From NCBI GenBank assembly GCA_964634545.1, contig CAZWIW010000004.1:1-61033 (forward strand): a DNA stretch of 61,033 nucleotides. Direction: 5' to 3'. The notes beneath the pieces were generated by a model that had not been told where the DNA came from, searched no databases, and saw only the letters and a list, made by a program, of their open reading frames with translations. Position numbers and translations under genes: made by a program. Below, piece after piece: positions 1 to 9,566 of this stretch. The stretch's first letter is position 1; each line of letters begins with the position of its first letter. This stretch comes from an uncultured Rubrivirga sp. (GTDB lineage: Bacteria > Actinomycetota > Actinomycetes > S36-B12).

Positions 1-38
1 GCCAGCCCCTGGAGGAAACGGCGAGGGTAGGTTGGGGG
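1..38. repeat. Truncated copy, cut by the window edge, of a dispersed GC-rich intergenic repeat. It matches the right arm of the element at 12147..12184.
   Basis: gccagcccctggaggaaacggcgagggtaggttggggg aligns by eye to 12147..12184 (gcccagccgctggaggaaacggcgggggtggttagggg) at about 32/38 with one 1-nt gap. It lies about 20 nt upstream of the first CDS. Confidence 0.55.
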
Positions 39-58
39 CACCGGTTCTCACGTGAGGG

Positions 59-1615
59 GTGTCCATGGATACGGGCCTATCCAATGCCGGCCTACCCATT
101 ACCGACCTGCTGCCGCACTTGACGGCAAGCGGTCAGTTGCGCGACGTGATCGAGCCGTTCACCGGGGACGTCCTATACGCACTCCCGACCAGCACCGAAG
201 CCGACGTTGACAGCGCCTTCGAGCGCGCACGGGTCACGCAGGCGGGATGGTCGCGGATGTCCCTTGCCTCCCGCTGCGCGGTAATGCTCCGCTTCCACGA
301 CTTACTGCTGGAGAACCGGCATGCGGGTTTGGACCTGGTGCAGCGGGAGACGGGCAAGGCGCGAAAGGACGCGAACGAGGAAGTCTTGGACGTGTGCATC
401 ACAGCGCGGCACTACGCACGTGATGCCCGGCGCCTGTTGCGCTCCCGCCGACACCGCGGTGCTTTCCCGGGATTAGTCGGAGTCACGGAGCTGCGGGTTC
501 CCAAGGGTGTTGTGGGGGTTATCTCGCCATGGAACTATCCGGTCACGCTTGCGGCTAGCGATGCGATCCCGGCGATGATCGCCGGCAACGCGATCGTGCT
601 CAAGCCTGACGTCCAGACAACGCTCTCTGCGCTATGGATTGCCGACCTGCTGGCGCAATCGGGGCTTCCTGAAGGCGTCTTCAATGTGGTTTCCGGTGAA
701 GGCCCAGTGGTGGGTCCGTGGGTGATCGATCGTTCGGACTACGTGATGTTCACCGGATCCACCGCTGTGGGTCGACAGGTAGCGCAGCGCTGCGGGGAGC
801 GCTTGATCGGCTGCTCGATGGAGCTCGGCGGCAAAAATGCGATGATCGTGCGCGCTGATGCCGAACCAGAGTGGGCCGCATCGATCGCTGTACGCGGCGC
901 CTTCTCCAACTCCGGACAACTCTGCATATCAATGGAACGCATCTACGTGCACGCGACGATCTTTGAGGAGTTCCTCTCGGCTTTCGCACGTCGAACCCAA
1001 TCGTTGCGAATGTCCGCACATGTGGGGTGGGGATCTGATGTCGGATCACTCATTTCCGAAAAGCAACTGCAGCGAGTCACGGCTCATGTGGACGATGCCG
1101 TGGAACGTGGGGCGGAGGTTGTCGTCGGTGGGAAGGGCCGCCCCGATGTGGGTCCGTACTTCTATGCACCAACCATCTTGAGCGGCGTCGATGACTCGAT
1201 GACTCTGTGCTCGGTGGAGACCTTCGGACCGGTGGTAGCGGTCTATCCGGTGGCCTCGGACGAGGAAGCTGTTCGTCGTGCAAATGACACCGAGTACGGC
1301 CTGAACGCTTCGGTTGTGGGTCAGAACCAGCGAGCAGCCATGGAAATCGCCCGTCGGTTGCGTGCTGGCACGGTCAACGTGAATGAGGGATACGCCGCGG
1401 CGTGGGCCAGTAAGCGAGCACCGATGGGTGGCATGGGGGCCTCGGGCCTCGGGCGCCGGCACGGGGATGAGGGAATGCTGAAGTACACCGAGGCGCAGAC
1501 AATCGCCACCCAGCGGGCCTTGGGTTTCGGTCCGCAATTCGGGTGGTCCGATGAGCGTTGGGGTGACACCCTTGCGGGGGCAATGGGTGTGATGAAGAAA
1601 CTCGGCTTGAAGTAG
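59..1615 (+). CDS. NAD(P)-dependent aldehyde dehydrogenase, succinate-semialdehyde dehydrogenase (GabD2)-like
   Basis: 518-aa ORF with ALDH-family motifs: MELGGKNA (catalytic Glu region) and FSNSGQLCIS (catalytic Cys). The start is GTG at 59 or ATG at 65, after gtgagggg. Confidence 0.85.
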   Translation: MSMDTGLSNAGLPITDLLPHLTASGQLRDVIEPFTGDVLYALPTSTEADVDSAFERARVTQAGWSRMSLASRCAVMLRFHDLLLENRHAGLDLVQRETGKARKDANEEVLDVCITARHYARDARRLLRSRRHRGAFPGLVGVTELRVPKGVVGVISPWNYPVTLAASDAIPAMIAGNAIVLKPDVQTTLSALWIADLLAQSGLPEGVFNVVSGEGPVVGPWVIDRSDYVMFTGSTAVGRQVAQRCGERLIGCSMELGGKNAMIVRADAEPEWAASIAVRGAFSNSGQLCISMERIYVHATIFEEFLSAFARRTQSLRMSAHVGWGSDVGSLISEKQLQRVTAHVDDAVERGAEVVVGGKGRPDVGPYFYAPTILSGVDDSMTLCSVETFGPVVAVYPVASDEEAVRRANDTEYGLNASVVGQNQRAAMEIARRLRAGTVNVNEGYAAAWASKRAPMGGMGASGLGRRHGDEGMLKYTEAQTIATQRALGFGPQFGWSDERWGDTLAGAMGVMKKLGLK

Positions 1616-1623
1616 GAGGTCTA

Positions 1624-3345
1624 GTGGCTGCGCCGAAGAGCGATCCGGTCGTGCACGACCTCGACGTTGCGATTATTGGGTCGGGGTTCGGCGGATCGGT
1701 ATCCGCACTGCGGCTCGCCGAGAAGGGCTACCGGGTCGGGGTCTTCGAAGCCGGTCGCCGCTTCCGCGACGAGGATTTCGCCAAGTCGTCCTGGGATCTG
1801 CGTAAGTTCCTTTGGGCGCCATTGCTGGGCATGTTCGGTATCCAACGCATCCATGTGATGAAGGACGTTGCCGTGCTGGCCGGTGCCGGTGTGGGTGGCG
1901 GATCGCTGGTGTACGCGAACACGCTGTACGTACCCGGCAACCGGTTTTTCAATGATCCCCAGTGGTCGGGTATCACTGACTGGGCGAGTGAACTTGCCCC
2001 GTACTACGACCAAGCCGGGCGCATGCTGGGCATCGCCGACAACCCCACGATGACGCCATCAGACATCGTCATGAAGCAGGTGGCTGACGACATGGGCGTG
2101 GGCCACACCTTCCGCATGACGCCGGTAGGTGTGTACTTCGGCACACCGGGTGTCACTGCTCCCGATCCCTATTTCGGCGGCAAGGGTCCGGCCCGAACCG
2201 GTTGCATTGAGTGCGGGGAATGCATGACCGGATGCCGATGGGGAGCGAAGAACACCCTTCCCAAGAACTATCTACACCTCGCCGAATTAGCTGGTGCTCG
2301 CATCTACCCAATGACGACCGTCGTGGGGTTAGATCCGATCGACTCCGGTGGGTACCGAATCGAGACGCAAGCTACGGGAACTCTCGGCAACCGAATTCGC
2401 CGGTGGTACACGGCGGAACAGGTGATCGTGGCAGCGGGCACGTACAACACGCAGAAGTTGCTGCACCGCATGAAGGACGAGGGGAGATTGCCGAAGCTGT
2501 CATCGATGCTCGGTCGACTCTCGCGAACCAACTCCGAGTCGATTCTCGGCGCTGTGGCCCGCACCGTTACGACTACCGGAGAAGACTTCACGAAGGGTGT
2601 CGCGATCACTTCTAGCTGGTACCCCGACGAGCACACGCACGTAGAACCGGTGCGTTACGGCAAAGGCTCCAACTCGATGGGTCTCCTTCAGTCCGTCTTG
2701 ACTCAACCGCGGTCTGGCACACCAAGGTGGCGGACTTGGCTCGAGGAACTGGTGAGGCAGCCCGGGGTTGCTGCGCAGTTGGTCAACGTGCGTAAGTGGT
2801 CGGAGCGGACCGTTATCTCCTTGATCATGCAGCCGGTCGACAACTCGCTGACTTTGACGGGCAAGCGCGGACTTCTTGGTCGATGGCGCCTAACTACCGA
2901 CCAGAGCCAGTCCACACCAGCACCGACCTATATGCCGATGGCACAGGAGGTCGTTCGGCGCGTTGCTGACAAGATCGACGGGGTTCCGGGAAGCAGTGTC
3001 TTCGAGAACCTTGATGCTGCGTTGACTGCCCACTTCGTTGGTGGCTGCGTGATCGGTGAAGATGTCGACCACGGAGTGGTCGACGGTTACCAGCGGGTAT
3101 TCGGCTACCCGGGACTGCACATCCTGGATGGCTCGACCATTACGGCGAACCTCGGTGTGAATCCATCGTTGACGATCACCGCCCAAGCCGAACGCGCGGT
3201 GGCCATGTGGCCGAACAAGGGACAAGCGGATCCGCGCCCCGCTGTGGGCCAGAAGTACCGCCCGGTGCCTGCCATCGCGCCCTCGCACCCCGTTGTGCCA
3301 GAGGCTGCGCCGGGCGGACTGCGGCTGCCGGTATCGACCGACTAG
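1624..3345 (+). CDS. FAD-dependent GMC-family oxidoreductase (cholesterol-oxidase-like architecture)
   Basis: 573-aa ORF. It has an N-terminal dinucleotide fold IIGSGFGGSVSALRLAEKGYRV and a GMC-like C-terminal part (HFVGGCVIG...GLHILDGS). The GTG start follows the SD taggagg and lies 8 nt after the upstream stop, so it is probably co-transcribed with the ALDH. Confidence 0.8.
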   Translation: MAAPKSDPVVHDLDVAIIGSGFGGSVSALRLAEKGYRVGVFEAGRRFRDEDFAKSSWDLRKFLWAPLLGMFGIQRIHVMKDVAVLAGAGVGGGSLVYANTLYVPGNRFFNDPQWSGITDWASELAPYYDQAGRMLGIADNPTMTPSDIVMKQVADDMGVGHTFRMTPVGVYFGTPGVTAPDPYFGGKGPARTGCIECGECMTGCRWGAKNTLPKNYLHLAELAGARIYPMTTVVGLDPIDSGGYRIETQATGTLGNRIRRWYTAEQVIVAAGTYNTQKLLHRMKDEGRLPKLSSMLGRLSRTNSESILGAVARTVTTTGEDFTKGVAITSSWYPDEHTHVEPVRYGKGSNSMGLLQSVLTQPRSGTPRWRTWLEELVRQPGVAAQLVNVRKWSERTVISLIMQPVDNSLTLTGKRGLLGRWRLTTDQSQSTPAPTYMPMAQEVVRRVADKIDGVPGSSVFENLDAALTAHFVGGCVIGEDVDHGVVDGYQRVFGYPGLHILDGSTITANLGVNPSLTITAQAERAVAMWPNKGQADPRPAVGQKYRPVPAIAPSHPVVPEAAPGGLRLPVSTD

Positions 3346-4094
3346 CGCACCACCGCTGCTCGCATGGTCGCGGCCGTGATCTTCCTGCGGGTCACCAACT
3401 CGGCCGTCGCCACCAGGTGGGTATCGCTCGCTTTCGAGTAATTCCTCATCAAGGTGTACGCCGTGTTCATGTCGGAATTGTCCTGCTCGGCGAGCATGCC
3501 CTTGGCTTGCTCGATAGTTACCCGCGCGTTGATCGTCCGGTGAATCTGCTCGGCAAGGAAGGTTGCTTCGGATGGAACCGCCTTGCTGGTTAGTCCCAGG
3601 GCTGCCAGGTCAGCCAGTGCTTGGGCTGCCTGTTCGGCGCGTTCATCTGCTGCATTCGGCTGAGACCACAGAACATTCAGTGCACCGATGTTGTGGTCAC
3701 GCAATCGAAGGGGAGCGGCCAGTGCCGAACGAAAGCCGAGTTCGGTGGCGCGAGCGCGAAAAGCTCCCCAGCGCTCGTCGGTGGCGAGATCGTCACATGT
3801 GACCATGCGCCCCGAGTACCACGAATCCAGGCACGGCCCTTCATCGTTTTGGATCTCGAAGACTTCAAGTGTGCGCATGTCTTCGTCGGAAGCAGCCACA
3901 ACATGGAGCAGCTGACTGGAGTCGCCGATCATGACTCCTGCGGCGTTCGCTCCCAGCAACTCGATGGTCGAGGACACCAAGGAAGAAGCAAGGTCGATGT
4001 AGTCGAAATCTTGGACCATCGCTTCCATTGCCTCGACAACGGTGGTGGTGAGTGAGGGCGTGGAGGACTTCTTCGGGGACTGTTCGTTCATCAC
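3342..4094 (-). CDS. GAF domain plus ANTAR domain RNA-binding antiterminator-type regulator
   Basis: 250 aa. The N-terminal part is GAF-like. The C-terminal ANTAR signature is TINARVTIEQAKGMLAEQDNSDMNTAYTLMRNYSKASDTHLVATAELV. Its stop overlaps the convergent GMC stop within CTAG. Confidence 0.85.
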   Translation of the reverse strand: MMNEQSPKKSSTPSLTTTVVEAMEAMVQDFDYIDLASSLVSSTIELLGANAAGVMIGDSSQLLHVVAASDEDMRTLEVFEIQNDEGPCLDSWYSGRMVTCDDLATDERWGAFRARATELGFRSALAAPLRLRDHNIGALNVLWSQPNAADERAEQAAQALADLAALGLTSKAVPSEATFLAEQIHRTINARVTIEQAKGMLAEQDNSDMNTAYTLMRNYSKASDTHLVATAELVTRRKITAATMRAAVVR

Positions 4095-4810
4095 GGATCC
4101 ATCCGAATCTTTCGAGTAATGATTAATTGGGCGACATCTGACAAGGATTGCTCATGAACAAGCGCGTAGGCGCGAAGCAGGGCCAACGCATCAGGCAAAG
4201 ATGCTCCGGTTTGCTCAGCAGCCATGCCGGTCGCCTGATGGATGCGCAATTGGGTTGGTTCGCTCAACTCTAGAAGATCGAAGGCATCCTGATCGCTCAC
4301 GTGGGATTGGGAAAGCAGCAGAGATGAAGTAGCGAGGGAAGCAAGGTGTGCTGTGTCTATCAGTTCCGGAGGTGACAAGGATCCGGCGCGGCCACGCGCT
4401 ACTTCGAGAACGCCCAACATGATGCTCCCCAATTGAAGTGGGTAGGCGAATACCGCCGCGATTCCGGCTTGCTCAGCATGTGTCGCGAAGATAGGCCAAC
4501 TCTGGCTCGTGCCCGTGAGGAGTTGGTCGGCAAAGACTGTCGTTCCAGATTGCACGGCTTGGTGACCGGGACCCTCACCGAACGTCAGTTCCAGATCTGC
4601 TAGTGAATCCCCGAGAGCCCCATCGCAGCCAGCGATTCCCAGCAAGTGATCGCCGGAGTGCAGCAGAATGGCAGCACCATCGATACCTCCCACGACGCAT
4701 AGATGACAGATGCGGTGCGCCAGCGAATCGCCGGGAGTCCGCGCCAGTTCGTCGAGGAGTTGGCGACGCCGATCGGGCTGCACAGGCACCACTCTTCGAT
4801 CGCCTCTCAC
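4091..4810 (-). CDS. Second GAF plus ANTAR domain regulator, in tandem with the first
   Basis: 239 aa. The C-terminal ANTAR-like helix pair is LRIHQATGMAAEQTGASLPDALALLRAYALVHEQSLSDVAQLI. A 4-nt ATGA overlap with the downstream ANTAR gene suggests translational coupling. Confidence 0.8.
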   Translation of the reverse strand: MRGDRRVVPVQPDRRRQLLDELARTPGDSLAHRICHLCVVGGIDGAAILLHSGDHLLGIAGCDGALGDSLADLELTFGEGPGHQAVQSGTTVFADQLLTGTSQSWPIFATHAEQAGIAAVFAYPLQLGSIMLGVLEVARGRAGSLSPPELIDTAHLASLATSSLLLSQSHVSDQDAFDLLELSEPTQLRIHQATGMAAEQTGASLPDALALLRAYALVHEQSLSDVAQLIITRKIRMDP

Positions 4811-5033
4811 ATCTTCTCCGGATAAGGCCCCCGCTCTTGGCTTAGTGAACAGTAGCCACGAAGCGTAGATATATCAGTGCGCAAGACACAGCACTTGCTT
4901 GCAATTTGCTCACAATGAATGGTGGAAGGGTGTCGTGAGCCCATAGCCGGGTTTCGGCACGTAGTTTGGTTGAAAGCGCAAGGGACTGGTGAGATCCAAA
5001 GCAGCGGGGAGCAACGTTCTACGGAGGTTCCGG

Positions 5034-5735
5034 ATGCTTCATCATCAAGTTGTGTTCCTTGGCGGCTCGGACTCGCTGTCTTCGGAATTGAGTGATGAGT
5101 TGGATCGGCAAGGGATCCGAACCTTCTGTCTCGATCCACGTGTGCAAGATCTGGATTCGCGGGCGCTGAGCGCTTTGGCCGTGGTCCTGATCGGACCGAA
5201 GATCACCCAGGAGGCTCGGCTAGCCCTGTGTCGACGTGTTCGAGCACTCACATCTGCCCCGATCACGGTGATCTCCGATTCGCTTTCGGAACTGGATGAA
5301 TTACGGCTGGTAGCTGGTGGGGTGTGCAGCATGAGTTACCTGCCCATCCGGCCGCGGGTGCTTGCCGCCCAGATTGCCTTGCGTCTTGACCATGCACCGA
5401 CGGATGAATCAGAGCCCTGGCTTGCGTTTGAGAACATCGAAATGCAGATTGCTGAACATCGCGTGTTGGTCGCTGGCCAAGCCCTGGAGATCACGAAGAC
5501 GGAGTTCGACCTCCTCGCTCACTTGATGACCGACCCAAGTCGGGTGTTCACTCATGAAGAGCTTTCCCGTTGGATCTGGAATGACCCCTGGGCGTCCGAT
5601 CACCATCGCCTCGAAGCGCATGCATGTCGGTTAAGAAAGAAGATTTCCGAGTCAGGAGGCCCACCTATCATCGGTTCGGTGCGCGGAGTCGGCTACCGGC
5701 TTACTGTGCCACAGTCCGCTGCTAAATCACCGTGA
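5034..5735 (+). CDS. Atypical OmpR/PhoB-family winged-helix regulator with a degenerate receiver-like N-terminus
   Basis: The C-terminal trans_reg_C pattern is LEITKTEFDLLAHLMTDPSRVFTHEELS...RLEAHACRLRKKI...VRGVGYRL. The ATG at 5034 is preceded by ggagg with a 6-nt spacer; the track start at 4989 is a GTG without an SD. In the receiver-like region the acceptor position reads VVLIGPK rather than an Asp-containing strand. Confidence 0.75.
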   Translation: MLHHQVVFLGGSDSLSSELSDELDRQGIRTFCLDPRVQDLDSRALSALAVVLIGPKITQEARLALCRRVRALTSAPITVISDSLSELDELRLVAGGVCSMSYLPIRPRVLAAQIALRLDHAPTDESEPWLAFENIEMQIAEHRVLVAGQALEITKTEFDLLAHLMTDPSRVFTHEELSRWIWNDPWASDHHRLEAHACRLRKKISESGGPPIIGSVRGVGYRLTVPQSAAKSP

Positions 5736-5777
5736 GTTGCTGGGTGACGTTTCCGTGGCCTTCGGGTCAAAAGCAAA

Positions 5778-5809
5778 CAGCGGGTGCGAACCGAAGTCCG
5801 CACCCGCTG
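5778..5809. terminator. Bidirectional intrinsic-terminator-like hairpin between convergent genes
   Basis: Perfect 11-bp stem cagcgggtgcg / cgcacccgctg with a 10-nt loop (aaccgaagtc). It sits in the 94-nt gap between the regulator (ends 5735) and the coxM-like gene (ends 5830). Confidence 0.6.
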
Positions 5810-5829
5810 TAACAGCAGATCTTTGCTCT

Positions 5830-6681
5830 CTATTCCATTCCCGCTGCCTTGGCTACCGCCCGCTTGGTGAGCACCTCGGCTAGGTGTCGACGGAAGTCGG
5901 CGTCAGCATCCTCATCGGAGAATGGCTCAAGGCCCTGCGACGCCTGCGACGCCGCTGCCTCGATGTCGGCCACGGTGGCGGCCCCGACGAGGGCCTGCTC
6001 CGCCGCAGCTGCGCGCACCGGCGTGCCGCCTACGTTGGTCAGCCCGATGCGTGCCTCAGCGATCTTCCCGCCGTCCATCCGAACAGCGGCTGCCACGCCC
6101 ACGATGCTCCACGCCTGCGCTGTGCGGTTGAACTTCTCGTAGTGCGTGCCCCAGCCGTCGTACTTCGGGAACGCGACACTGACGAGGAGTTCATCCTCAC
6201 CAACCGATGTTTCAAATGGCCCGTGGAAGAACTCCGCCGCGGGAACTGTGCGCCGCCCGGAGGGGCCAGCGATGGTGAACTCCGCGTCGAGAGCAAGTGC
6301 CACCGGCGGCTGATCGGCGCGCGGGTCCGCATGCGCAAGCGACCCACCCACCGTGCCTCGGTGCCGGATCTGCGGATCAGCGACCGTCTCGGTTGCCTGC
6401 GCTAGCAATGCGACCGAGGACTTCACCGTCGGATCGGTCATCACCGCGTGGTGCGTAGCAGCGGCGCCGATAACGACCTTGTCGCCTGCGTCAGCGATCC
6501 CCTTCATCTCGTCGATGCCCGAGCAATCGACAATCAATTCAGGGGCATTGAGTCGTTGCCGAAGGACCGGAAGCAACGATTGTCCGCCGCCGAGGATCTT
6601 GGCGTCGTCGCTGTCGGCGAGCGCCGCTAGCGCTTCGTCGACGGTGCTGACCTTCGTGTAATCGAACGTCGCCGGGATCAT
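5830..6681 (-). CDS. Xanthine dehydrogenase/CO dehydrogenase family FAD-binding medium subunit (CoxM-like)
   Basis: 283 aa with an FAD_binding_5-type N-terminus (ILGGGQSLLPVL). There is a 4-nt overlap with the upstream large-subunit gene. Confidence 0.85.
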   Translation of the reverse strand: MIPATFDYTKVSTVDEALAALADSDDAKILGGGQSLLPVLRQRLNAPELIVDCSGIDEMKGIADAGDKVVIGAAATHHAVMTDPTVKSSVALLAQATETVADPQIRHRGTVGGSLAHADPRADQPPVALALDAEFTIAGPSGRRTVPAAEFFHGPFETSVGEDELLVSVAFPKYDGWGTHYEKFNRTAQAWSIVGVAAAVRMDGGKIAEARIGLTNVGGTPVRAAAAEQALVGAATVADIEAAASQASQGLEPFSDEDADADFRRHLAEVLTKRAVAKAAGME

Positions 6682-9047
6682 GCCTGGCCTCCCTTCGCGG
6701 CCTGAATGGTCTTCCAGACGGTCATCGGTGTGGCCGGCATCGCGACGTCGGTGACGCCCATCGGACGCAACGCGTCCACGATGCCGTTGATGATCGCCGG
6801 CGTAGAAGCGATCGCACCAGCCTCGCCCACACCCTTGGTACCCAGCGGGTGCGTGGTGGACGGGGTGACAGTGTGATCGGTGATGAACGACGGCAGATCC
6901 GGTGCCGCCGGGATCAGATACGTCGACAGGTTCGCGTTCAACGGCAATCCGTCTTCGTCGTAGAACGCCCCCTCGTAGAGCGCCTGACCGATGCCTTGGG
7001 CTAGGCCACCGTGCACCTGACCCTCGACGATCATCGGGTTGACCTGGTTGCCGACGTCGTCCACAGCCACGTACTTGCGCAGCGTGACCTTGCCGGTCTC
7101 CGTGTCGACCTCCATGGCCGCCAGGTGCGTGCCATGCGGGTAGGAAAAGTCCTCCGGGTCCACTGTGGCCTCACCTTGCAGCGTCGGTTCGACACCGTCG
7201 GGCAAGTTATGCGCGGTGAATGCCTCGAACGCGACGGCCCCGATGGCCTGAGCCTTCTCCGGATCACCCTTGACACGGAACTCGCCCTCAACGAACTCCA
7301 AGTCCCCGGGGGAGCATTCGAGCTGGTGCGCCGCAATGACGCGCGCCTTCTCGATCAGGTTGTCCGCAGCCTTCTTGATGGCTTGACCACCGACCGCGAG
7401 CGAACGCGAGCCGTATGTGTCCATGCCGTACGGAGCGCGACCGGTATCACCGTGCACCACCTCGATGTCATCGACACCGATGCCAAGGATGCTGGCCGCA
7501 ATCTGGCTCCAAGCCGTCTCATGGCCTTGCCCGTGTGGCGATGTGCCGGTGATGAGTTCCACCTTGCCGGTTGGAAGCATCCGGATCGTTGCGTGCTCCC
7601 AGCCACCGGCCACGTACTTGAGTGCGCCCAAAGTACGAGAAGGTGCCAGGCCGCACATCTCGGTGAAGGTCGAGATGCCAATGCCTAGTTGCACCGGATC
7701 GCCGGACTCCCGACGACGCTGCTGCTCTGCGCGCAACTCATCCATACCGAACAGATCCAACGCCTTCGCGGTGGCTGCCTCGTAGTTGCCGGTGTCGTAG
7801 GTGAGACCGGCAACGGTGGAGTACGGGAACTCCTCGTGCTTGATCCAGTTCTTCTCGCGAAGTTCCATCGGATCCATGTCCAGTTCGGCAGCGAGCTCGT
7901 CGACGATCCGCTCAATGGCGTACGTGGCTTCCGGTCGACCAGCGCCGCGGTAGGCGTCGGTGGGCGTGGTGTTCGTGAACACGCCTGTGCACTGGAAGTC
8001 GTAGGCGTCCATCTTGTAGATCGACGGGTACATGAACATTCCCAACAGCGGGATACCCGGGGTGATGATCTGCAGGTAGGCACCCATGTTGGCGATGAGA
8101 TCCACCTTGAGTCCGAGGATCTTGCCGTCCTTCGTCGAGGCGATCTCGATGTCCTGGATCTGATCGCGACCATGGTGCGTGGCAACCATGTCCTCGCTGC
8201 GGGTCTCGGTCCACTTCACCGGACGCCCCAACTTGCGGGCGATCTGGGTGGCGAGCACTTCCTCCCGATACAACTGGAGTTTGCCGCCGAAACCGCCACC
8301 CACGTCGGGTGCGACGATTCGCAGGTTGTTCTCCGGAATGCCGGTGACCAGCGCCATCAGCACCCGCAGCACGTGCGGAATCTGCGTGGAGGACCACACG
8401 GTCATCTCATCGCTCATCCCCATCGGTGCGGCAACGACCGAGCGCGGCTCCATGAATGCCGGGATCAGGCGCTGGTTGATGAACCGCCGCTTTACTACGA
8501 CGTCGGCTTTGGGCTTGATGTCGTCGTACCCACCGCCCAGGTTGTAGACGTAGCACTTGTTGGTGCCGGCATCGTCGTGGATCACAGGGGAACTGGAGTC
8601 CAGTGCCTTCTCCATGTCAACGACGGCGTCGAGTGGCTCGTATTCAACCTCGATGGCTTCGAGCGCGTCGGCTGCGTGCTCCGGGTCGGTGGCGAGTACG
8701 ACGGCTACACAGTCACCCACCTGCCGAACCTTGCCCTTGGCCAGCGAGGGGAAGTCCGGCATGACGATGTCGTCGGTCACCGGCCACACGCACGGGATCG
8801 ATCCGTTGAGATCGCCGAGTTCCTCCGCGCTATAGGCAGCGATCACATTCGGCTGCGATAGCGCGGGCGTGATGTCGAGTTTGGTGATCTTCGCGTGCGC
8901 GAAGGGACTACGCAAAATGGCCATGTGCAGCGTGCCGGGCAGCTGGATGTTGTCGGTCCAGTTCGTACGCCCATGCAGCAACTTGGCGTCTTCTTTACGC
9001 TTAATCGGCCGCCCGAGCGGGGTCGAGGTATCTAGCGTCTCTGTCAT
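6678..9047 (-). CDS. Molybdopterin-dependent hydroxylase large subunit, form II CoxL-like
   Basis: 789 aa with aldehyde oxidase/xanthine dehydrogenase a/b hammerhead and MoCo-binding architecture. The active-site loop reads [13 protein letters not shown], which is the AYRGAGR form II signature rather than the form I AYXCSFR. Confidence 0.9.
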   Translation of the reverse strand: MTETLDTSTPLGRPIKRKEDAKLLHGRTNWTDNIQLPGTLHMAILRSPFAHAKITKLDITPALSQPNVIAAYSAEELGDLNGSIPCVWPVTDDIVMPDFPSLAKGKVRQVGDCVAVVLATDPEHAADALEAIEVEYEPLDAVVDMEKALDSSSPVIHDDAGTNKCYVYNLGGGYDDIKPKADVVVKRRFINQRLIPAFMEPRSVVAAPMGMSDEMTVWSSTQIPHVLRVLMALVTGIPENNLRIVAPDVGGGFGGKLQLYREEVLATQIARKLGRPVKWTETRSEDMVATHHGRDQIQDIEIASTKDGKILGLKVDLIANMGAYLQIITPGIPLLGMFMYPSIYKMDAYDFQCTGVFTNTTPTDAYRGAGRPEATYAIERIVDELAAELDMDPMELREKNWIKHEEFPYSTVAGLTYDTGNYEAATAKALDLFGMDELRAEQQRRRESGDPVQLGIGISTFTEMCGLAPSRTLGALKYVAGGWEHATIRMLPTGKVELITGTSPHGQGHETAWSQIAASILGIGVDDIEVVHGDTGRAPYGMDTYGSRSLAVGGQAIKKAADNLIEKARVIAAHQLECSPGDLEFVEGEFRVKGDPEKAQAIGAVAFEAFTAHNLPDGVEPTLQGEATVDPEDFSYPHGTHLAAMEVDTETGKVTLRKYVAVDDVGNQVNPMIVEGQVHGGLAQGIGQALYEGAFYDEDGLPLNANLSTYLIPAAPDLPSFITDHTVTPSTTHPLGTKGVGEAGAIASTPAIINGIVDALRPMGVTDVAMPATPMTVWKTIQAAKGGQA

Positions 9048-9517
9048 TTCGCACCTCCCATGAGTTCAGCGGCCTTCTCGACCGATCGGACAATGTTGTG
9101 GTAGCCGGTGCAGCGGCACAGGTTCCCTTCGAGACCTTCGCGGATCTCTTCTTCGGTTGGGTTCGGGTTCTCGTCGAGTAGGTCGACGGTCGACATCACC
9201 ATGCCGGGCGTGCAGTAGCCGCACTGCAGACCGTGGCATTCCTTGAAGGCCTCCTGCACCGGATGCCATTCATCACCGGTTGACAGACCTTGAATCGTGG
9301 TGATGCTCGAGCCATCGGCTTGTACGGCGAGCACACTGCAGCTCTTCACACTGCGACCATCGAGCAAGACGGTGCACGCCCCGCAATTCGAGGTGTCGCA
9401 ACCGACGACAGTTCCTACTTTCCCGAGATCGTTGCGCAGCCAGTGGACGAGGAGGGTGCGGGGTTCGACATCCCCCTCGTACTGGGTGCCATCCACATTC
9501 ACGGAGATGTGCTTCAT
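9044..9517 (-). CDS. (2Fe-2S)-binding small subunit (CoxS-like)
   Basis: The Cys clusters are [11 protein letters not shown] and CGYCTPG...CRCTGY. I prefer the MKHISVNV start at 9517 (gaaaggg 6 nt upstream) over the track start at 9556. There is a 4-nt overlap with the large subunit. Confidence 0.88.
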   Translation of the reverse strand: MKHISVNVDGTQYEGDVEPRTLLVHWLRNDLGKVGTVVGCDTSNCGACTVLLDGRSVKSCSVLAVQADGSSITTIQGLSTGDEWHPVQEAFKECHGLQCGYCTPGMVMSTVDLLDENPNPTEEEIREGLEGNLCRCTGYHNIVRSVEKAAELMGGAK

Positions 9518-9566
9518 GGAGGCCCTTTCTTCCAAATAGCGATGTGCCTCACACATTAGGAGGGAT

